A DNA stretch of 64,000 nt from Macrostomum lignano (Eukaryota), in NCBI GenBank assembly GCA_002269645.1, contig NIVC01002302.1:26980-90979 (forward strand), in the 5' to 3' direction. A program made the translations under genes and the position numbers. The notes beneath the pieces are model-generated. The model saw nothing but the letters and a program-made list of their open reading frames with translations. It did no database searches and was not told the DNA's origin. The first letter of the stretch is position 1. Every line of letters begins with the position of its first letter. This document shows positions 61,801 through 64,000 of this stretch, one piece after another.

Positions 61801-63378
61801 TGGATTCGTGTATTGGAGAGGCGGGTGCTGGTGGATTCGTGTATTGGAGAGGTGGGTGCTGGTGGATTCGGGTGTGGAGATTCGGGTGTGGGAGATTCGG
61901 GTGTGGGAGATTCGGGTGTGGAGAGATTCGGGTGTGGGAGATTCGGGTGTGGGAGATTCGGGTGTGGGAGATTCGGGTGTAGGAGATTCGGGTGTGGGAG
62001 ATTCGGGTGTGGGAGATTCCAGGAGATTCGGGTCCCAGGAGATTCGGGTGCTGGTGGATTCCTGTATTGGGAGAGGCGGGTGGGGCTGGATTCGGGTGTG
62101 GGTGGATTCGGGTGTGGGTGGATTCGGGTGTGGGTGGATTCGGGTGTGGGTGGATTCGGGTGTGCGGTGATTTCGTGTATTGGAGAGAGCGGGGTGTGTG
62201 TGGATTCGGTGCCCTACCACGCAGTCCAGCGCTTATCCGACTGTTCAGCGGCGATCGAACGAACAGCGATGAAGATTCGAATGTCCTTTTGCTGCAAATC
62301 ATAATAAGTAAACTCACTGCGATATTTTATAATTTAAATTGTTTATGTTAAAAAACTATCGACGTGAGAATTAGTTACTTACCAGAAGGCTTGTCAGAGC
62401 GGCAGTGGCGTCAGTAAAGTACATCCGTTTGGAGTAGCTGATGTTGCGGGCCATGAAATATCTTTTGCCAACTGAAATTGTTCAAATAAAATAGTGACAC
62501 ACATGACACACGGTGATACCACTGTCGCAAACGTGTGACACAAATTACGCACACATAGCAACCGGGTGGTGCATTGAGTAACTGAACAAATTGAGTAAGC
62601 TGAACAAAACAACTGAACAACAAGTACAATCGGACGTGTTAACATGAAAATAACTTAAAATACGAGCTAAAAGACTGCTACACTGCTATAAGTATCATAC
62701 ATACGAGTACCACTTAAACAAAGTGTTTAAGGCTGCCGTTACAAGCCATTTCATCAAGTGCTTGGAGCTCTGCCATGAGCGGAATGGTGCTCACATTGAG
62801 AATTCGATTTCGCCCATCAGGTATTGACAACTTAGAAAACTCTTATACTGCAAAACTTCTTATTATGTGTTATAAGGCTGTTGAGATTCGCTTAAAGTTG
62901 TTCAGTTACTTAAGCGCCACACTGTATTTGTAGACATATCTACTCACCGATTTGACTGCGGAGTAGTCTTGAACTAAAAAGCCGATCTTCTTCCAATTGA
63001 ACTTGGTCACAATTGACACCAACGGTTTCACATAGATGTTATAAGTAATTGACATTCTCGTGTAGTATGGGTAGATCGACCGATCGCTTAGTTCCGGCGA
63101 CAGATTCAGGCCAATCTGAAAATTATGAAATTAAATCATAACAAAGTCACACAGTTTAGCCTCAGTCTCTCACCTGAGTCACACAGCTTAGCCACAGTCT
63201 CTCACCTGAGTCACACAGTTTAGCCACAGTCTCTCACCTGAGTCACACAGTAGTAGCGGGCCAGCTCAGCAATGACCTGAGACTGCTTCGAGAAGCTGGC
63301 GCCCAGCATCAGCGCCTTGTTGCTGCCGCTGAGGTAGCTGTCAACAAAAGCCTTCAGAGCTGCGCCAACATCTTCCTG
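55834..63378 (-). CDS. GABA-B-receptor-like class C GPCR, paralog B (first exon not found in window; three apparent -1 frameshifts)
   Basis: Exons 63378-63238, 63115-62948, 62471-62383, 62291-62218, 61022-60835, 60077-59835, 59152-59089, 58999-58922, 58563-58184, 58096-57974, 56828-56493, 55974-55834 (TGA). Complete 7TM with GGILAKTWRVHRIF and ALNDSKVIGICVYN. Confidence 0.9.
56885..57992 (-). repeat. 56-nt splice-junction minisatellite, paralog B copy
   Basis: About 20 copies, same unit as 45340-47222. Confidence 0.95.
59240..59482. repeat. 18-nt minisatellite TGTACACTACAGCAGTCT
   Basis: About 13 copies, intronic. Confidence 0.93.
60130..60540. repeat. Degenerate GACATC-based repeat
   Basis: GACATCGTGACATCTCT-type units, intronic. 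Confidence 0.8.
61075..62170. repeat. G-rich compound minisatellite (GATTCGGGTGTGGGA / GGATTCTGTCTGGTGTGGGC families)
   Basis: Fills the intron 61023-62217; source of several very long spurious ORFs. Confidence 0.92.
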
Positions 63379-63839
63379 CTGTTAATTACGAAATTGAGTT
63401 GCGTTGCAATAATTAATCATGGGAATAAAATCTCCACTGATTGTAAAATTTTCATGGCGAAAAGCAATCAGTCTGAAAGGTTTAAATTAATCAAATTCAC
63501 TCTTGAGGCTGTTGAAGCTCTCAGCATAGCAACTGAGAGTTGTTTGACTTCTGCTGAGAACAATATCGCTGATTCTTTATTATAGTGTCCACCTTGCTTT
63601 AGAATTCGAATTTGAACAATGGACCATCATGTAGGGGGTCATAAATCAGCCTCATATTAAAAATTTCAGGCAGACAACAATACTGCCACTGCTTTGTGTT
63701 AAATTATTTGGGGATTATAACAAATTCATTTTTTGTTGCTGATCTGCATTCGATTTCTAGCACCTGTGCGATTTTACCTATCAGACAACAGGAGCTTTAA
63801 AAGGCAAAACACAGCTTCAAACTGGCTATATCCTAAATA

Positions 63840-64000
63840 ACTGGCTAACTAACTGACTGACTAACTAACTAACTGACTAACTAACCAACTAACTAACTAA
63901 GTAAGTAAGTAACTAACTAACTAACTAACAAACTAACTAACTTACTAACTTACTAACTAACTAACTTACTAACTAACTGACTGACTAACTAACTAACTAA
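63840..64000. repeat. (CTAA)n-type microsatellite
   Basis: Tetranucleotide array running to the window end. Confidence 0.9.

Noticed and set aside
60800-62317. 505-aa, 406-aa and 382-aa ORFs
   Set aside because: Translations of an intronic minisatellite; the real exons are short and in other frames.
62745-62805. Tc1/mariner-like C-terminal peptide KCLELCHERNGAHIE
   Set aside because: Too short, with no TIRs identified.
63840-64000. Telomere-like repeat
   Set aside because: The unit is CTAA, not the reverse complement of TTAGGG or TTAGG; an ordinary microsatellite.

Overview
Eukaryotic (metazoan) genomic DNA with GC-rich exons and introns full of unrelated minisatellites (about a quarter of the window). 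This architecture resembles the flatworm Macrostomum, which is an inference only. Genes reconstructed by hand from splice sites: a 5'-partial SEC24C/D (+, to 8148); a complete PKA type-I regulatory subunit (-, 13707-23396); three intronless + strand ORFs (an NxVxG-repeat + RING protein, RNA Pol II subunit RPB11, and a type-I membrane protein); a poorly resolved GC-rich + strand locus (40.3-42.4 kb); and two tandem GABA-B-like class C GPCR paralogs (-, 44.9-52.3 kb and 55.8-63.4 kb), neither intact as assembled. Mobile DNA includes a LINE 3' end with RNase H, a mariner deletion derivative, a tRNA-derived SINE family, hAT MITEs, a MULE-like element and a doubly palindromic P-like element. The main unusual signals are: (1) intronic minisatellites whose unit is a copy of the exon/intron junction, so each unit is a GT...CAG mini-intron; (2) a grass-antifreeze-like NxVxG solenoid fused to a RING finger; (3) patchwork identity between the receptor paralogs; (4) an AT-shifted domain with C>T/G>A bias around the PKA-RI 5' end. 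All alignments and counts were done by eye; several lesions may be long-read assembly errors.
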